DNA of 64,000 nt from an uncultured Acidobacteriaceae bacterium (GCA_963837245.1 CAWIMR010000029.1:347537-411536), one strand, 5' to 3'; numbered from the stretch's first letter, positions 47,722 through 58,600 are shown. Numbers and translations: made by a program. Notes: a model not told the origin generated them from the letters alone.

Positions 47722-48717
47722 CTATTGCACTTTCCTCTGCAACTCCATGCACTGGTCGTGCAGCTTGGCATCGTGCGTAAGCCCGTCAGCGACCATGCAC
47801 TCATCGATCGCGGCTTTGGGGTCGGAGTCCTTCAGCAAGTTGGTGAGCATGATGTGCGGGGTGGGCCAGTCGGGCAACAGCTTGGCAGCCGCCTTCAGCT
47901 CCGCGATGGCAGCGGGAAAATCTTTCTTCTTCTGATAAACGATGGACAGGTTGTAGTGGATCTTGGCGTTTTTGGGGTCGAGCTTCAGCGCTTCCTTATA
48001 CTCGGCGATGGCGTCGTCGGCCTTGCCTGCATCGTCGAGGGCGCTGCCCAGATTCATCCGCGTCTGCGCGCTCTTGGGCTCGATCTCCAGCGCGGCGCGG
48101 TAGTGCTGAATGGCTCCGGCATAATCCCGCTTGGCATACAGCACGTTCGCCAGATTGTTCTGGGCTGAGGCCAGCTTGGGATTCAACTGCACGGCCTGCC
48201 GGTACTCGAGAATAGCGCCGTTCAAATCGCCATTGCGCTTCAAGGCCAGACCGAGGTTGTTGTGAGCGTCGGCATCATTGGGCTTGATGCGCACCGCCTC
48301 TCTCAGTTCCTTGATCGCGTCGGCGTAGCCTTGCTTGTCGAGATACACCCGGCCCAGGTTGAAGTGGGCTTCGAAATAATCCGGATAATCTTTGATGGCG
48401 TCCTTGTACTCCACGATGGCGTCGGTCGTGTCGCCGTCCTTCTCATATAGGAATCCCTGGTGATAGTGGCGCTCGGCGGCGGCGGGAATAATGGACTTCT
48501 CTTTTGCGGGTGGAGTTTGGCTCGCTGACCCTGGGGGCACCACTTGCGCCTCGGGCTCATGCGACGGCGAAGATTCAGTGGGCTTCGCGACTGCCGGTTT
48601 CTGGCTGGAACCCTGAGTCGAAGGCGCTTCCGGAAGTTGTTGCGCCGTGGCCAGACCACCAGCCGTCAGCAGGACCCACGGTCCGCACAGTAGGAAGATC
48701 AATCGCGATAATTGCAT
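47722..48717 (-). CDS. secreted tetratricopeptide-repeat (TPR) protein
   Basis: Signal peptide MQLSRLIFLLCGPWVLLTAGGLATA, then at least 7 TPR units (...AHFNLGRVYL, AHNNLGLAL, AQNNLANVL, TRMNLGSAL, IHYNLSIVY...). Confidence 0.7.
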   Translation of the reverse strand: MQLSRLIFLLCGPWVLLTAGGLATAQQLPEAPSTQGSSQKPAVAKPTESSPSHEPEAQVVPPGSASQTPPAKEKSIIPAAAERHYHQGFLYEKDGDTTDAIVEYKDAIKDYPDYFEAHFNLGRVYLDKQGYADAIKELREAVRIKPNDADAHNNLGLALKRNGDLNGAILEYRQAVQLNPKLASAQNNLANVLYAKRDYAGAIQHYRAALEIEPKSAQTRMNLGSALDDAGKADDAIAEYKEALKLDPKNAKIHYNLSIVYQKKKDFPAAIAELKAAAKLLPDWPTPHIMLTNLLKDSDPKAAIDECMVADGLTHDAKLHDQCMELQRKVQ

Positions 48718-48760
48718 CAGGAACTCAGTGGAAGTATATCGCCTGCAGACGAACAAGCCG

Positions 48761-49348
48761 CTACAACCCCAGCGCCGCCTTCACCTCGGCAACCGGTTTG
48801 TTCTTCCAGAATCGGCCATGGAGATCGAGGCAACAGAAGGAGCGGCTGAGCATCCGGTCGAGGTATAGGGTGCCTTGCAGGTGGTCAATCTCGTGCTGCA
48901 GGATGCGCCCATACCAGCCCGACGCCTCGATGACCTGCCATTCTCCCTTTTCATCCAGACACTCAACACGCACGTCGCGTGCCCGGGGGACGATGGCGGT
49001 GAATCCCGGCAAGCTAAGACAGCCTTCGAAAAACTCCACCTCCGCCGCCGACTGGACATGGATCGTGGGATTGATGATCACATGAAACGTGACTGGCCGC
49101 CGCTCGCGCTCGGCGAGTTGCTCGGCTGAGAAGCCGGCAAAGTATTCCTGCTTGTCTTCGATAACCGCCAACTGCAGTGCCATCCCGATTTGCGGCGCGG
49201 CCAGGCCCACTCCAGGCGCATCATTCATGGTTTCGCGCATGTGTTCGATAAGGTTCTGGATCTTGGTACTGCGGATTTCCGTGGACGCGAGAGGGCGCGC
49301 CCGCTGACGCAGAACAGCTTCGCCGACCATGCCGATCTTCAGGCGCAT
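48761..49348 (-). CDS. def: peptide deformylase
   Basis: GVGLAAPQIG, EGCLSLPG, HEIDHLQG (three Def motifs). Confidence 0.9.
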   Translation of the reverse strand: MRLKIGMVGEAVLRQRARPLASTEIRSTKIQNLIEHMRETMNDAPGVGLAAPQIGMALQLAVIEDKQEYFAGFSAEQLAERERRPVTFHVIINPTIHVQSAAEVEFFEGCLSLPGFTAIVPRARDVRVECLDEKGEWQVIEASGWYGRILQHEIDHLQGTLYLDRMLSRSFCCLDLHGRFWKNKPVAEVKAALGL

Positions 49349-49352
49349 GGGC

Positions 49353-51788
49353 TTAATTCACCGTCACGTTGATCTGTACCGTGTGGTTCAGGCTGCCGCT
49401 GCTGGCTTGCACGATGACTGCGCCATTCTGGGGCTGCGAGCTGAGCTGTTGCTGGCTGACGGTGTTGCTGCTGCCACCGCCGCCGCAGGAGACCGTGCCC
49501 AGCAACCCGCAGATCAGGAAAAGGCCAAACAGGTTCGCCATGCGCCTCGATTTTCTGCGCCGATCCGCACGGGACGCCCCACTGAGGAAAAATCCAGCGG
49601 CGAAGATGAAGCCACTTGCCAGTTGCCAGCCGGGATGCAAGAACGGACGGACCCGCAACTCCGCGCTGGTGGAGGTCGCAGTTATCGTCAGCGTTGCAGT
49701 TCCACCGGGACTAACGCTGGCCGGGCTCAGTGCGCAGGTCGTGCTGGTCACGCCGGGGGATACCGTGCATGTCAGATTTACCGAGCCGGAAAACCCTCCG
49801 AGTCCAGTCAAGGTCAGCAAATCCGTAACCGGGGCGCCCCGGGTGATGGTCAGGCTGCCGCTTTGCGCGGCCAGGGTGTAGTCAGGATTCGTAGGCCCGT
49901 TCCACGCCGATGCCAGCGCTCCCACATCAATGGACCCCAGCCCGGTCGTAAGGTCGTACCCCGAACCTGCGCTGTATCCAATCATCCCGCCTGCTGGACA
50001 ATCCTTAGTGCCCTGGGTGCACGGAACCATATTGTCGCCGGTAGTGATGTCATGGAACGCGTTGGAAGCACTCGCCGCCAGTCCGTAGAGCACCGGATTG
50101 ACATTCCCCTGTGGCTGATTGGTCTGTTGATCCAATAGCGCCACAACGCCGGCGAAGGTGGGAGCCGCCGCCGAGGTCCCACCGATCACGTTCAAGGTCT
50201 GGTCCGACCTTCTGTAACCGGTAACGCAACTGCTGCGAGAGCAGATGAGGTATCCGTCGTGATCGGCCGAGGAGCTAAACGCCAGATCGGGCACGTCGCG
50301 CTGGCCATCGGCCGGAACACCTGCTCCGGTCTGCCACGATGGCTTGGTGAAGAGAGTACTGACTCCTCCACCCGTCGCGGCGAGAAAGCCATCCGCCGCG
50401 GTATCGTTCCAGACCATCTCGGGGATGTAGGAAATCGCCGAACCATTATTACTGTCGGTGGCGGCGTTCCAATATTGCGTGCCCCCGGTCCCGTCGCCGT
50501 CGCTGAATTCCGTGCCGCCCATTCCCGTAACATACGGAAGACTCGCAGGCACATCGACAGCATAGCCTTGGGTGGCGCTCTTCACTGAATTGTTCGGGTC
50601 GGCGCTGTAATCACAATCGGCGGGACCGCTGTCCCCGGAGGACGTGACTATGGTTTGTCCCTGCGCGTTGGCCTGCTGCCCAATCGCCGTAAGGGTCGCA
50701 ATGTCGTTGCTGCTGAACTGCGCTTCGCAGAGGCCATAACTGATGCTGATGACCGGGGCGAGGTCCTGGTCCACCGCATGCTGCATCGAGGTGAATAGCG
50801 CGTTCTTGGAATTCACATAGATCAATTTGGCGTTCGGCGCCACTGCGCCCGACCATTCCAGATCGAGGTTGGCTTCGTCCTGGTCGGCAGTCGTACTGCC
50901 GGGATCGGTTTGGCCAGGAACCAGAATCACCTGTAGGCTGGCCGCCGGCAGGTTGGAGACGCTGCGAAACGTCTGCACATCATACTGGTTGTTGTGATTG
51001 CTATCGGTGGAGAGATCGGTCTGCCCCATCACCGCAATCGCCTCGCCCGCACCATTGATGCCACTATTGTAGAGACCTTGCAGGTCGTAGATGGTGGCGA
51101 AGTCGGCAGGAGCGAGAAAATGCTTGCCGCTAATGTCGGAGGTGAAATGCGGCTGCACGCTACTGACGATGCCATGCGGCCTGGGACGGAAGTCGTTAAG
51201 CGCTCCGATGGCCATCACCACCCCATGAAACGCGCCCGGCAGCGACGGCTCGGCGCTGTTGGCGTAGTGCAGCTCGCCGTTCACTACATACTGGTGAATG
51301 GGTGTGTGAAAAGCGGCTTCGACCTGAGCCGCGGAACCACTGAAGCCGATCCAGGTGCGGCTGCGCGCTGCCGTCACCGATGTGAACCCCTGCCGGCGCA
51401 GCCAATTCACTACGCGGCCGATGTCGCCGGGACTTACTCCAAAGCGCTCGGCATATTGTTCGGGCGTGAGCCACCTGTGATAGTTCGCCGACAACGGATC
51501 GAGCTGCTGCCGAAGTAATATCTCCAGTGCGCTCTGCTGCTCGGGTGTGGGCTGAAAGATTAGCCTCATGCCTTCCATTTGCAGCGCGCCATCGGCTGTG
51601 CCGCGATCGAATTCGGAACGGGCGCGCGGCGGTACATTTCCGCTAAGACGCCATTGGCTTGTGCTTTCAATCGTCTGTGGAATCCGTTCGGCGCGCGCGG
51701 CAAACGGCGACAAGAGGCTGGCTAGCACCAAGCCCAGCAGCATGGCAGACCCGCGGGGAGCGGTTGAACGTCTCGGAGTCATGAGCAC
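49353..51788 (-). CDS. S53 (sedolisin/kumamolisin-like) serine peptidase with pro-domain and C-terminal Ig-like region plus membrane anchor
   Basis: Signal peptide; pro-kumamolisin activation-domain-like N-terminus; SGDSGP catalytic Ser context; C-terminal hydrophobic anchor. Confidence 0.8.
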   Translation of the reverse strand: MLMTPRRSTAPRGSAMLLGLVLASLLSPFAARAERIPQTIESTSQWRLSGNVPPRARSEFDRGTADGALQMEGMRLIFQPTPEQQSALEILLRQQLDPLSANYHRWLTPEQYAERFGVSPGDIGRVVNWLRRQGFTSVTAARSRTWIGFSGSAAQVEAAFHTPIHQYVVNGELHYANSAEPSLPGAFHGVVMAIGALNDFRPRPHGIVSSVQPHFTSDISGKHFLAPADFATIYDLQGLYNSGINGAGEAIAVMGQTDLSTDSNHNNQYDVQTFRSVSNLPAASLQVILVPGQTDPGSTTADQDEANLDLEWSGAVAPNAKLIYVNSKNALFTSMQHAVDQDLAPVISISYGLCEAQFSSNDIATLTAIGQQANAQGQTIVTSSGDSGPADCDYSADPNNSVKSATQGYAVDVPASLPYVTGMGGTEFSDGDGTGGTQYWNAATDSNNGSAISYIPEMVWNDTAADGFLAATGGGVSTLFTKPSWQTGAGVPADGQRDVPDLAFSSSADHDGYLICSRSSCVTGYRRSDQTLNVIGGTSAAAPTFAGVVALLDQQTNQPQGNVNPVLYGLAASASNAFHDITTGDNMVPCTQGTKDCPAGGMIGYSAGSGYDLTTGLGSIDVGALASAWNGPTNPDYTLAAQSGSLTITRGAPVTDLLTLTGLGGFSGSVNLTCTVSPGVTSTTCALSPASVSPGGTATLTITATSTSAELRVRPFLHPGWQLASGFIFAAGFFLSGASRADRRRKSRRMANLFGLFLICGLLGTVSCGGGGSSNTVSQQQLSSQPQNGAVIVQASSGSLNHTVQINVTVN

Positions 51789-51915
51789 CTTAGATCGCGG
51801 CCTGAGGGCATTCCGTCTGCAGGTTGCACCCTTCCGGCTGGGGCAGCATCCGTCTAGTTAGCTGTCGCCAAAGAGCGGCTCTGGTACTCTCGGCACAGCG
51901 GGGAAGGCGCAAACC

Positions 51916-52863
51916 ATGCCCTCTGCCAAACCTACCACAAGACGGTCGCGCGCGACCCGGGTTGCCCTGAAATCGCAGCCCGTCGCACCGCCTCGTGGCC
52001 GCGACCAGCACGAGTTGGTCATCATCTCGGGCATGAGCGGAGCCGGCAAGGCCTCGGCCCTGAAGACCTTTGAGGACCTCGGCTATTACTGCGTTGACAA
52101 CCTTCCGGTTGGACTCATCTCCAACTTCGCCGAGCTGGTGCTCGATTCGCTGGAGATCCAGCGGGCGGCGCTGGTGGTGGACATTCGCGAAGGCGCACGT
52201 CTGGACAAGCTGCCGCAAATTCTGGCTTCACTGCGGCGCATGCTCAAAACCACCGTGCTCTTCCTTGAGGCAGACGAGGACGCCCTGGTCCGCCGCTACA
52301 GTGAAACCCGCCGCCCCCATCCCTTGGGACGGCAGCACACGGTGAAGTCGTCTCTAACCGCAGAGCGCCGCCGCCTGAAACCGTTAAAAGCGCTGGCCGA
52401 CGTCGTCCTGGATACTTCAAAGTTCAATGTCCATGAATTGCGGGCCTCGCTCATCGAACGCTTTCAGGCAGGCAAGCACGATAAGAACATTCTGATTTCG
52501 TGTGTAAGCTTTGGCTACCGTGAAGGTGTGCCCGAGGATGCTGACTTGGTATTTGATGTCCGTTTCTTGCCCAATCCCCACTTCATTCCCAAGTTCCGTC
52601 CCCATACCGGACAGCATCCCGAGGTGGCGAAGTACATCCGTTCTTTCCCTCAGACCCGCGAGTTCATCGGTCGCATCTCGGAGCTGCTGATCTACTTGAT
52701 CCCGCATTACATCAGCGAAGGCAAAAGCTACCTGACCATCGCCTTCGGATGCACCGGCGGCAAGCACCGCTCGGTGATGATCGCCGAAGACGTCCAAAAG
52801 CGCCTGGCCAAAGCCGGGTATAACGTCAAGGTTGTGCACCGCGATTCGCCGGTAGCGACCTAG
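51916..52863 (+). CDS. rapZ: RNase adapter protein RapZ (YvcJ/UPF0042 P-loop NTPase)
   Basis: ISGMSGAGKAS P-loop and C-terminal GCTGGKHRSV motif. Confidence 0.85.
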   Translation: MPSAKPTTRRSRATRVALKSQPVAPPRGRDQHELVIISGMSGAGKASALKTFEDLGYYCVDNLPVGLISNFAELVLDSLEIQRAALVVDIREGARLDKLPQILASLRRMLKTTVLFLEADEDALVRRYSETRRPHPLGRQHTVKSSLTAERRRLKPLKALADVVLDTSKFNVHELRASLIERFQAGKHDKNILISCVSFGYREGVPEDADLVFDVRFLPNPHFIPKFRPHTGQHPEVAKYIRSFPQTREFIGRISELLIYLIPHYISEGKSYLTIAFGCTGGKHRSVMIAEDVQKRLAKAGYNVKVVHRDSPVAT

Positions 52864-52976
52864 GACTCGAATGCCGGCTTCCCCTGCCGCAGATCGCTAA
52901 GGGCCCGGAGCACGCAAATCATTTCCTGCCGGCCGTATTTCCCGTAAAATCCTTCCTTGCGCCCGACCCCTGCCTC

Positions 52977-53008
52977 GTGCTCGCCAAACCCTGTGGCGGC
53001 ACTTTTTT
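52977..53008 (+). terminator. intrinsic terminator after rapZ
   Basis: GTGCtCGCCA-aaccctg-TGGCGGCAC followed by TTTTTTT. Confidence 0.5.
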
Positions 53009-53086
53009 TGCAGGCACGTCGATTTTGAGGCGCCCCGAACGTCAATACCATGGAAGCATCCGCAGTACGACAAGGAAGGAGTGAGG

Positions 53087-54265
53087 ATGAGCAAAGTACG
53101 AGTCTTGGTTGGCACGCGCAAAGGCGCCTTTATTCTGACGTCGGACGGCAAACGTGAGAAGTGGGACGTCAGCGGCCCGCATTTTGCCGGCTGGGAGATG
53201 TACCACATCAAGGGATCACCGGCTGACCCCAACCGGCTGTATGCGTCGCAGTCGAGCGGCTGGTTCGGGCAGGTCATCCAGCGGTCCAGCGACGGCGGCA
53301 AGACCTGGGAGGCGCCCGGAGGTGACATAAAGCCCGGTCCTGAGGCCATGCAGGCGGGCCAGAGCAACAAGTTTGTTTACGACACTTCTCCGGAGCACGG
53401 CAAGCCACTCACCACCCACCAGTGGTACGACGGCACTCAGCACCCATGGGAATTCAAGCGGGTGTGGCACCTGGAACCTTCCCTCACCGATCCCGACACG
53501 GTTTACGCCGGAGTGGAGGATGCCGCGTTGTTCCGTTCGAGCGACGGTGGTCAGTCCTGGCAGGAACTTCCTGGACTGCGTGGCCACAGCAGCGGACCAG
53601 CCTGGCAGCCGGGCGCGGGCGGCATGTGCCTGCACACTGTCATTCTCGATCCCAGCGATCCCGGTCGAATTTACATTGCCATCTCCTCAGCCGGCGCTTT
53701 CCGCACGGATGACGGCGGCAAGACCTGGAAGCCGATCAACCATGGGCTCCGTTCGGCCCACATCCCAGACCCCGACGCCAAGGTTGGACACTGCGTTCAC
53801 CACATCGCCATGCATCCGGCGCGCTCCGGCGTGTTGTTCATGCAGAAGCACTGGGACGTGATGCGGAGCAACAATGCTGGCGACTCATGGCAAGAGGTCA
53901 GCGGCAACCTGCCCACCGACTTCGGATTCGTCATCGACGTACACGCCCACGAGCCGGAGACCATTTACGTGGTGCCCATTAAGAGCGATGGCGAGCACTA
54001 TCCGCCCGACGGGAAGCTGCGCGTGTATCGCAGTCGTACCGGCGGCAACGAGTGGGAGGCGCTCACCAAGGGCCTGCCCCAGAGCGATTGCTACGTTAAC
54101 GTGTTGCGCGACGCCATGGCGGTGGACTCCCTCGATCAGTGCGGTGTGTATTTCGGCACCACCGGCGGGCAGGTGTACGCCTCGGCCGATGCTGGAGACA
54201 GTTGGGCGCCCATTGTCCGCGATCTTCCGGCCGTGCTCTCTGTTGAGGTGCAGACGCTGCCATGA
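53087..54265 (+). CDS. BNR/Asp-box repeat beta-propeller protein (sialidase-fold, no catalytic assignment)
   Basis: Repeated S-x-D-G-G-x-T-W motifs ([38 protein letters not shown]); GGAAGGAG Shine-Dalgarno before ATG 53087. Confidence 0.75.
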   Translation: MSKVRVLVGTRKGAFILTSDGKREKWDVSGPHFAGWEMYHIKGSPADPNRLYASQSSGWFGQVIQRSSDGGKTWEAPGGDIKPGPEAMQAGQSNKFVYDTSPEHGKPLTTHQWYDGTQHPWEFKRVWHLEPSLTDPDTVYAGVEDAALFRSSDGGQSWQELPGLRGHSSGPAWQPGAGGMCLHTVILDPSDPGRIYIAISSAGAFRTDDGGKTWKPINHGLRSAHIPDPDAKVGHCVHHIAMHPARSGVLFMQKHWDVMRSNNAGDSWQEVSGNLPTDFGFVIDVHAHEPETIYVVPIKSDGEHYPPDGKLRVYRSRTGGNEWEALTKGLPQSDCYVNVLRDAMAVDSLDQCGVYFGTTGGQVYASADAGDSWAPIVRDLPAVLSVEVQTLP

Positions 54266-54558
54266 TCCGGGTAGAACTTCCCGCACACCTGCGGGCGCTG
54301 GCGCACGTCAACACGGAGATCAAACTCGAAGTCGAGGGCCCGGCCACGCAGCGCTCGGTCCTCGACGCCCTCGAGGCCCGCTATCCCATGCTTCGTGGAA
54401 CCATCCGCGACCACGTCACCCAACAGCGGCGGGCCTTCCTGCGCTTCTTTGCTTGTGAGGAGGACCTGTCGCTCGAACCGCCCGACGCTCCACTGCCCGA
54501 AGCCGTCGCGTCGGGCAAAGAGCCGTTCATCATTATCGGTGCGGTGGCGGGCGGGTAG
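54262..54558 (+). CDS. MoaD/ThiS-family ubiquitin-like protein ending in Gly-Gly
   Basis: 98 aa, C-terminus ...[10 protein letters not shown]; beta-grasp-like pattern; start ATGA-overlaps the BNR gene stop. Confidence 0.7.
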   Translation: MIRVELPAHLRALAHVNTEIKLEVEGPATQRSVLDALEARYPMLRGTIRDHVTQQRRAFLRFFACEEDLSLEPPDAPLPEAVASGKEPFIIIGAVAGG

Positions 54559-54825
54559 TCGCTCAGCGACAGCAATGTACGCGATGACGATTAAGAGAGG
54601 GCCGACGTAGGGTTTGTCAGCCCAAAAAACTCCCTCGACTCCCCAGTCGTTACGGCCACCTCGTCGTTCGAGATGACATTTCTGCGCATGAAAACTCCAC
54701 GGGCGCACCCACTCGCTCACTTCTTCTCTTCCCCGCCCCAAAATCCAGTAGAATCAAGGCTTGCGCCCCAACTTGTCTATGGCACGATCGTCTCGGATGC
54801 CACAGCGCTGCACTCTGCGGAGACT

Positions 54826-56661
54826 ATGCGCCAACTGAACCGCCTCCTCCGATACCTCAAGCCGTATTGGCTCCACATACTGGCATCCGTGCTGGCCATG
54901 GCCTTGGTAGGAGTCCTCGAGGCCTTCCGTCTCCTGCTGATCGGCCCCATTTTCGATCGCGTGCTGAATCCCTCGTCGAATGGTCGCGACCTGCCCTTGT
55001 TCCGTATGCCGATCACCAACCAGCCCATCCAGTTGGGCTGGTTCGTCCCGCAGCACTTTCACAACGTGTGGACGATGGTGGCCTTCGCCCTCGTCGCCTC
55101 CACCGTGCTGAAAGGGCTCTTCGATTACCTCGGCACGTACCTCGCCAACTACGCCGGCTTCGGCATGATCACCGACCTGCGTAACGAACTGTACACAGCG
55201 ACTTTGCGGCGCTCGGTTGCGTTTTTCCAGAAGTACTCCACCGGGACATTGCTGTCGGCGATTGTGAGCGACATTGACCGCGTGCAGTATGCCGTCTCCA
55301 CCGTGGTGGCTGAATTCCTGCAGCAGTTCTTTACCTTCCTGTTCACCGCCGTGGTGGTTATCTTGCTTGGCGGACGGCTGACCTGGGTGCTCGCCATCTT
55401 TGTTCCCGTCATTATTCTGGCGGCGCGGCGGGTCGGCCAGCGTGTGCGTACCACCACCCGCAAGGGCCAGGACAAGGTCGCCGACATCCAGAACATCCTG
55501 CAGGAGACCATCACCGGCGTCCGCATTGTGAAGGCCTTCTCGATGGAAGCCTGGGAGACAAAGCGCTTCCGCGAGGCCGCCCGCCGGCTATTTAAGGCCA
55601 ACCTGCGCTCGGTGAGCGCTTACGCGGTGAGCTCGCCCATGATGGACATCTTCGGCGCCATCGCCATTGCCATGCTGATCCTGGTGGGGCGCGAATATAT
55701 CAAGCGGGGCTTCTTCACTGAGGGCGTCTTCCTGGCGTTCATCATCGCGGTGTTCAAGCTTTACGAGCCGGTGCGCAAGTTTGGGCAGTTTCACAACAAC
55801 TTCCAGCAGGCGCTGGGGGCGTCCTCGGCGATCTTCGATTTTCTCGATGCCCAGGATGATGTGCGCGTGAAGCCTGATGCGGTCAAGTTGCCGCCCTTCC
55901 ATCAGGGCGTGCGCTTCGAGCACGTTCATTTCGGATATGAGAATGGCGACGGCGCGCGCGAGGTACTGCACGACATCAATCTGGAGGTGCGACCGGGAGA
56001 GCTGGTCGCCATCGTAGGCTCCAGCGGCGCCGGCAAGACCACGCTGGTGCACCTGCTGCCGCGCTTCTTCGACGTCACCCGCGGGCGCTTACTCATCGAC
56101 GGCCACGACGTCCGCGATCTGACTATAGCGTCGCTGCGTTCTCAGATCGCCATCGTCACCCAGGACACAATCCTTTTCAATGACACGGTGCGTAACAACA
56201 TTGCCTACGGGCAGCCGCACGTTTCACCGCAGAGGGTGGAAGAGGCAGCCCGCGCCGCGCTGGCGCATGACTTCATCACGGAACTGCCCGAGGGCTATGA
56301 CTCGCTGATCGGCGAACGCGGTCTGCGCCTGAGCGGCGGCGAGCGCCAACGCATCTCGATTGCGCGCGCCATCCTCAAGAACGCGCCTATCCTGATTCTT
56401 GACGAGGCCACCTCGGCCCTCGACACGGAAAGCGAATCCCTGGTGCAGTCGGCCCTGCAGAACCTGATGGCTGGACGCACCGTGTTTGTCATCGCCCACC
56501 GCCTGTCCACGGTGCGCCGGGCTGACCGCATTCTGGTGCTCGATAACGGAATGATTATCGACGAAGGCTCGCATGAGTGCCTTATGTCACATACAGGCGC
56601 CTATCGCCGGTTGTATGATCTGCAGTTTGAAGATGTAGAAGCCGCTTCCGGGACCGAGTAA
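54826..56661 (+). CDS. ABC exporter, fused permease/ATPase (MsbA-like)
   Basis: 6-TM domain then Walker A GSSGAGKTT, signature LSGGERQR, Walker B ILILDEATSALD; start set at MRQLNRLLRYLKPYW. Confidence 0.85.
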   Translation: MRQLNRLLRYLKPYWLHILASVLAMALVGVLEAFRLLLIGPIFDRVLNPSSNGRDLPLFRMPITNQPIQLGWFVPQHFHNVWTMVAFALVASTVLKGLFDYLGTYLANYAGFGMITDLRNELYTATLRRSVAFFQKYSTGTLLSAIVSDIDRVQYAVSTVVAEFLQQFFTFLFTAVVVILLGGRLTWVLAIFVPVIILAARRVGQRVRTTTRKGQDKVADIQNILQETITGVRIVKAFSMEAWETKRFREAARRLFKANLRSVSAYAVSSPMMDIFGAIAIAMLILVGREYIKRGFFTEGVFLAFIIAVFKLYEPVRKFGQFHNNFQQALGASSAIFDFLDAQDDVRVKPDAVKLPPFHQGVRFEHVHFGYENGDGAREVLHDINLEVRPGELVAIVGSSGAGKTTLVHLLPRFFDVTRGRLLIDGHDVRDLTIASLRSQIAIVTQDTILFNDTVRNNIAYGQPHVSPQRVEEAARAALAHDFITELPEGYDSLIGERGLRLSGGERQRISIARAILKNAPILILDEATSALDTESESLVQSALQNLMAGRTVFVIAHRLSTVRRADRILVLDNGMIIDEGSHECLMSHTGAYRRLYDLQFEDVEAASGTE

Positions 56662-56670
56662 GTTTGCGCC

Positions 56671-57561
56671 ATGAATATCCGCTCCATGACTGGCTACGCC
56701 CAGGTGAAGACCCACGTGGACGACCGGCTCACGCTGACCCTGAGCCTGAAGTCGGTGAACCACCGCTTCCTCGATCTCCACTTGCGGCTGCCTGCGGAAC
56801 TCGATCCCGTAGAGATGAAGGTCCGGCGCGTGCTCAAAGATCGCCTTCATCGCGGTCACATCGAAGTCACGCTCACCTTGGAGCGCAGCGGAGGCGCCGC
56901 CTTCGCCGTCAACCGCGAACTGGTCGGCGGATATCTGCGGACCTTCCGCGAGGTCGCCGAGGAGTTCGGGGTCAGCGCCGAGCCCGACCTCAACGCGGTG
57001 CTGAAGCTCCCCGGCGCATTGAATGCGACTGAAGATTGCGACGCCATGGCCGCGCTGGAACAGCAGGTGACGGCCGCTCTGGAGCAATGCATCGAGCGAC
57101 TCAACCATATGCGCGAAGAAGAGGGCCGCGGAGCGGCGGCGGAGTTGCGCACCCGCATGACCCACCTTTCCTCGGCCACTCACGAACTCGACCAGCTTCG
57201 CGGGAAAGTGCTCAAGGCTTATCACGAGAAGATCCACGGTCGCATGCAGGAGTTGCTCACCACCCATGTCGATCCCGACCGCATCCTTCAGGAGGCGGCC
57301 ATGCTCGCCGAGCGCAGCGACATCCAGGAAGAGATCGTGCGCATGAAGAACCACGTCCAGCACTTCACGGCGCTGCTCGACGCCGGAGGTGAGGTCGGAA
57401 AGAAGCTTGACTTTCTGCTGCAGGAGATGAACCGCGAGGCCAACACCCTGATGTCGAAGACCACCGGCGTTGCCGGCGAGGCGCTGCGTATCACCGGCCT
57501 GGGGCTGGCCATGAAGTCGGAAATCGAGAAGGCGCGCGAACAGGTGCAGAACCTCGAATGA
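56671..57561 (+). CDS. yicC: YicC-family protein (UPF0701, stress-induced, putative endoribonuclease)
   Basis: N-terminal IRSMTGYA hallmark and conserved C-terminal domain. Confidence 0.85.
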   Translation: MNIRSMTGYAQVKTHVDDRLTLTLSLKSVNHRFLDLHLRLPAELDPVEMKVRRVLKDRLHRGHIEVTLTLERSGGAAFAVNRELVGGYLRTFREVAEEFGVSAEPDLNAVLKLPGALNATEDCDAMAALEQQVTAALEQCIERLNHMREEEGRGAAAELRTRMTHLSSATHELDQLRGKVLKAYHEKIHGRMQELLTTHVDPDRILQEAAMLAERSDIQEEIVRMKNHVQHFTALLDAGGEVGKKLDFLLQEMNREANTLMSKTTGVAGEALRITGLGLAMKSEIEKAREQVQNLE

Positions 57562-58307
57562 GCGGCATCATTTTCATCATCTCGGCGCCCTCGGGTTCGG
57601 GCAAATCCACACTCACCAACGAGCTGCGCCGCATCGTGCCCAACCTGGAATTTTCCATCAGCTACACCACGCGGCCGCCGCGCGGCAGCGAGCAGTCTGG
57701 CCGCGAATATTTCTTCGTCAGCCGTGAAGAGTTCGAGCGCATGATCCGCGAAGACGAGTTCCTCGAATACGCCGAGGTCTTTGGCAACTACTACGGGACG
57801 GCCCGCCGCTTCTTGCGCGAGGCCACCGCGCGCGGCCAGGACTTGCTGCTCGACATTGACGTCCAGGGTGCGGCCCAGGTGAAGCAAAGGGTGCCAGAGG
57901 CAGTGACGATCTTCATCCTGCCGCCCTCGCGTGAAGAGCTGGAACGCCGTTTGCGCCGCCGCAGCGAGGCCGACGACGAGCTGCAGCGCAAACTCCTGGG
58001 CGACGGCGCGCGGCGCTTCAATACCGAGGACATTATCCAGCGCCGCCTGCAGACCGCCTCCCGGGAAATTGAGAATTTCTCCCAGTACGACTATATTTTG
58101 GTAAACGACCGGTTGGAGCAGTCCATCGACACCCTGAAGTCGATTGTGGAAGCGGAGCGGCTGAAGCGCTCCGGCGCGGACCTGACCGCGAAGGACACCG
58201 ATGTTCTGGCCATCGCCGATCGTGCCCTGCGAGCAAACATGATGCAAGACGTGCAGATTATTCTTGCAACATTCGAGGTTTTTCGTTCCCCCACCGTTAC
58301 GGAGTGA
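57558..58307 (+). CDS. gmk: guanylate kinase
   Basis: SAPSGSGKSTL P-loop, YTTRPPRGSEQSGREYFFVS; ~40-aa C-terminal extension relative to typical Gmk. Confidence 0.9.
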   Translation: MSGIIFIISAPSGSGKSTLTNELRRIVPNLEFSISYTTRPPRGSEQSGREYFFVSREEFERMIREDEFLEYAEVFGNYYGTARRFLREATARGQDLLLDIDVQGAAQVKQRVPEAVTIFILPPSREELERRLRRRSEADDELQRKLLGDGARRFNTEDIIQRRLQTASREIENFSQYDYILVNDRLEQSIDTLKSIVEAERLKRSGADLTAKDTDVLAIADRALRANMMQDVQIILATFEVFRSPTVTE

Positions 58308-58310
58308 GCT

Positions 58311-58553
58311 ATGAAACTGGTTGAAGGCTTCGACAGCAATTATCGCTACGTTCTGGTGGCCGCGCGCCGCGCCCGTCAGATTCAGAATGGCGCCCGCCCC
58401 GTGGTTGACACCCATTCGCGCAAACCCTGCCGCATCGCCGAAGAGGAAATCCAGGCGGGCAAAGTGAAGTGGGAGGTTCCGCAAGCCCCCAAGACTCCGC
58501 TGGAGGCCGCCAGCGAAGTGTTGGAGGCCGCCGGCCATGACGCCGACGACTAG
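58311..58553 (+). CDS. rpoZ: DNA-directed RNA polymerase subunit omega
   Basis: NYRYVLVAARRARQI signature; 80 aa. Confidence 0.9.
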   Translation: MKLVEGFDSNYRYVLVAARRARQIQNGARPVVDTHSRKPCRIAEEEIQAGKVKWEVPQAPKTPLEAASEVLEAAGHDADD

Positions 58554-58600
58554 GCGGGAATCGTTCCCCGGCCGCGCGGCATCATCTTGATCAGGCACAC

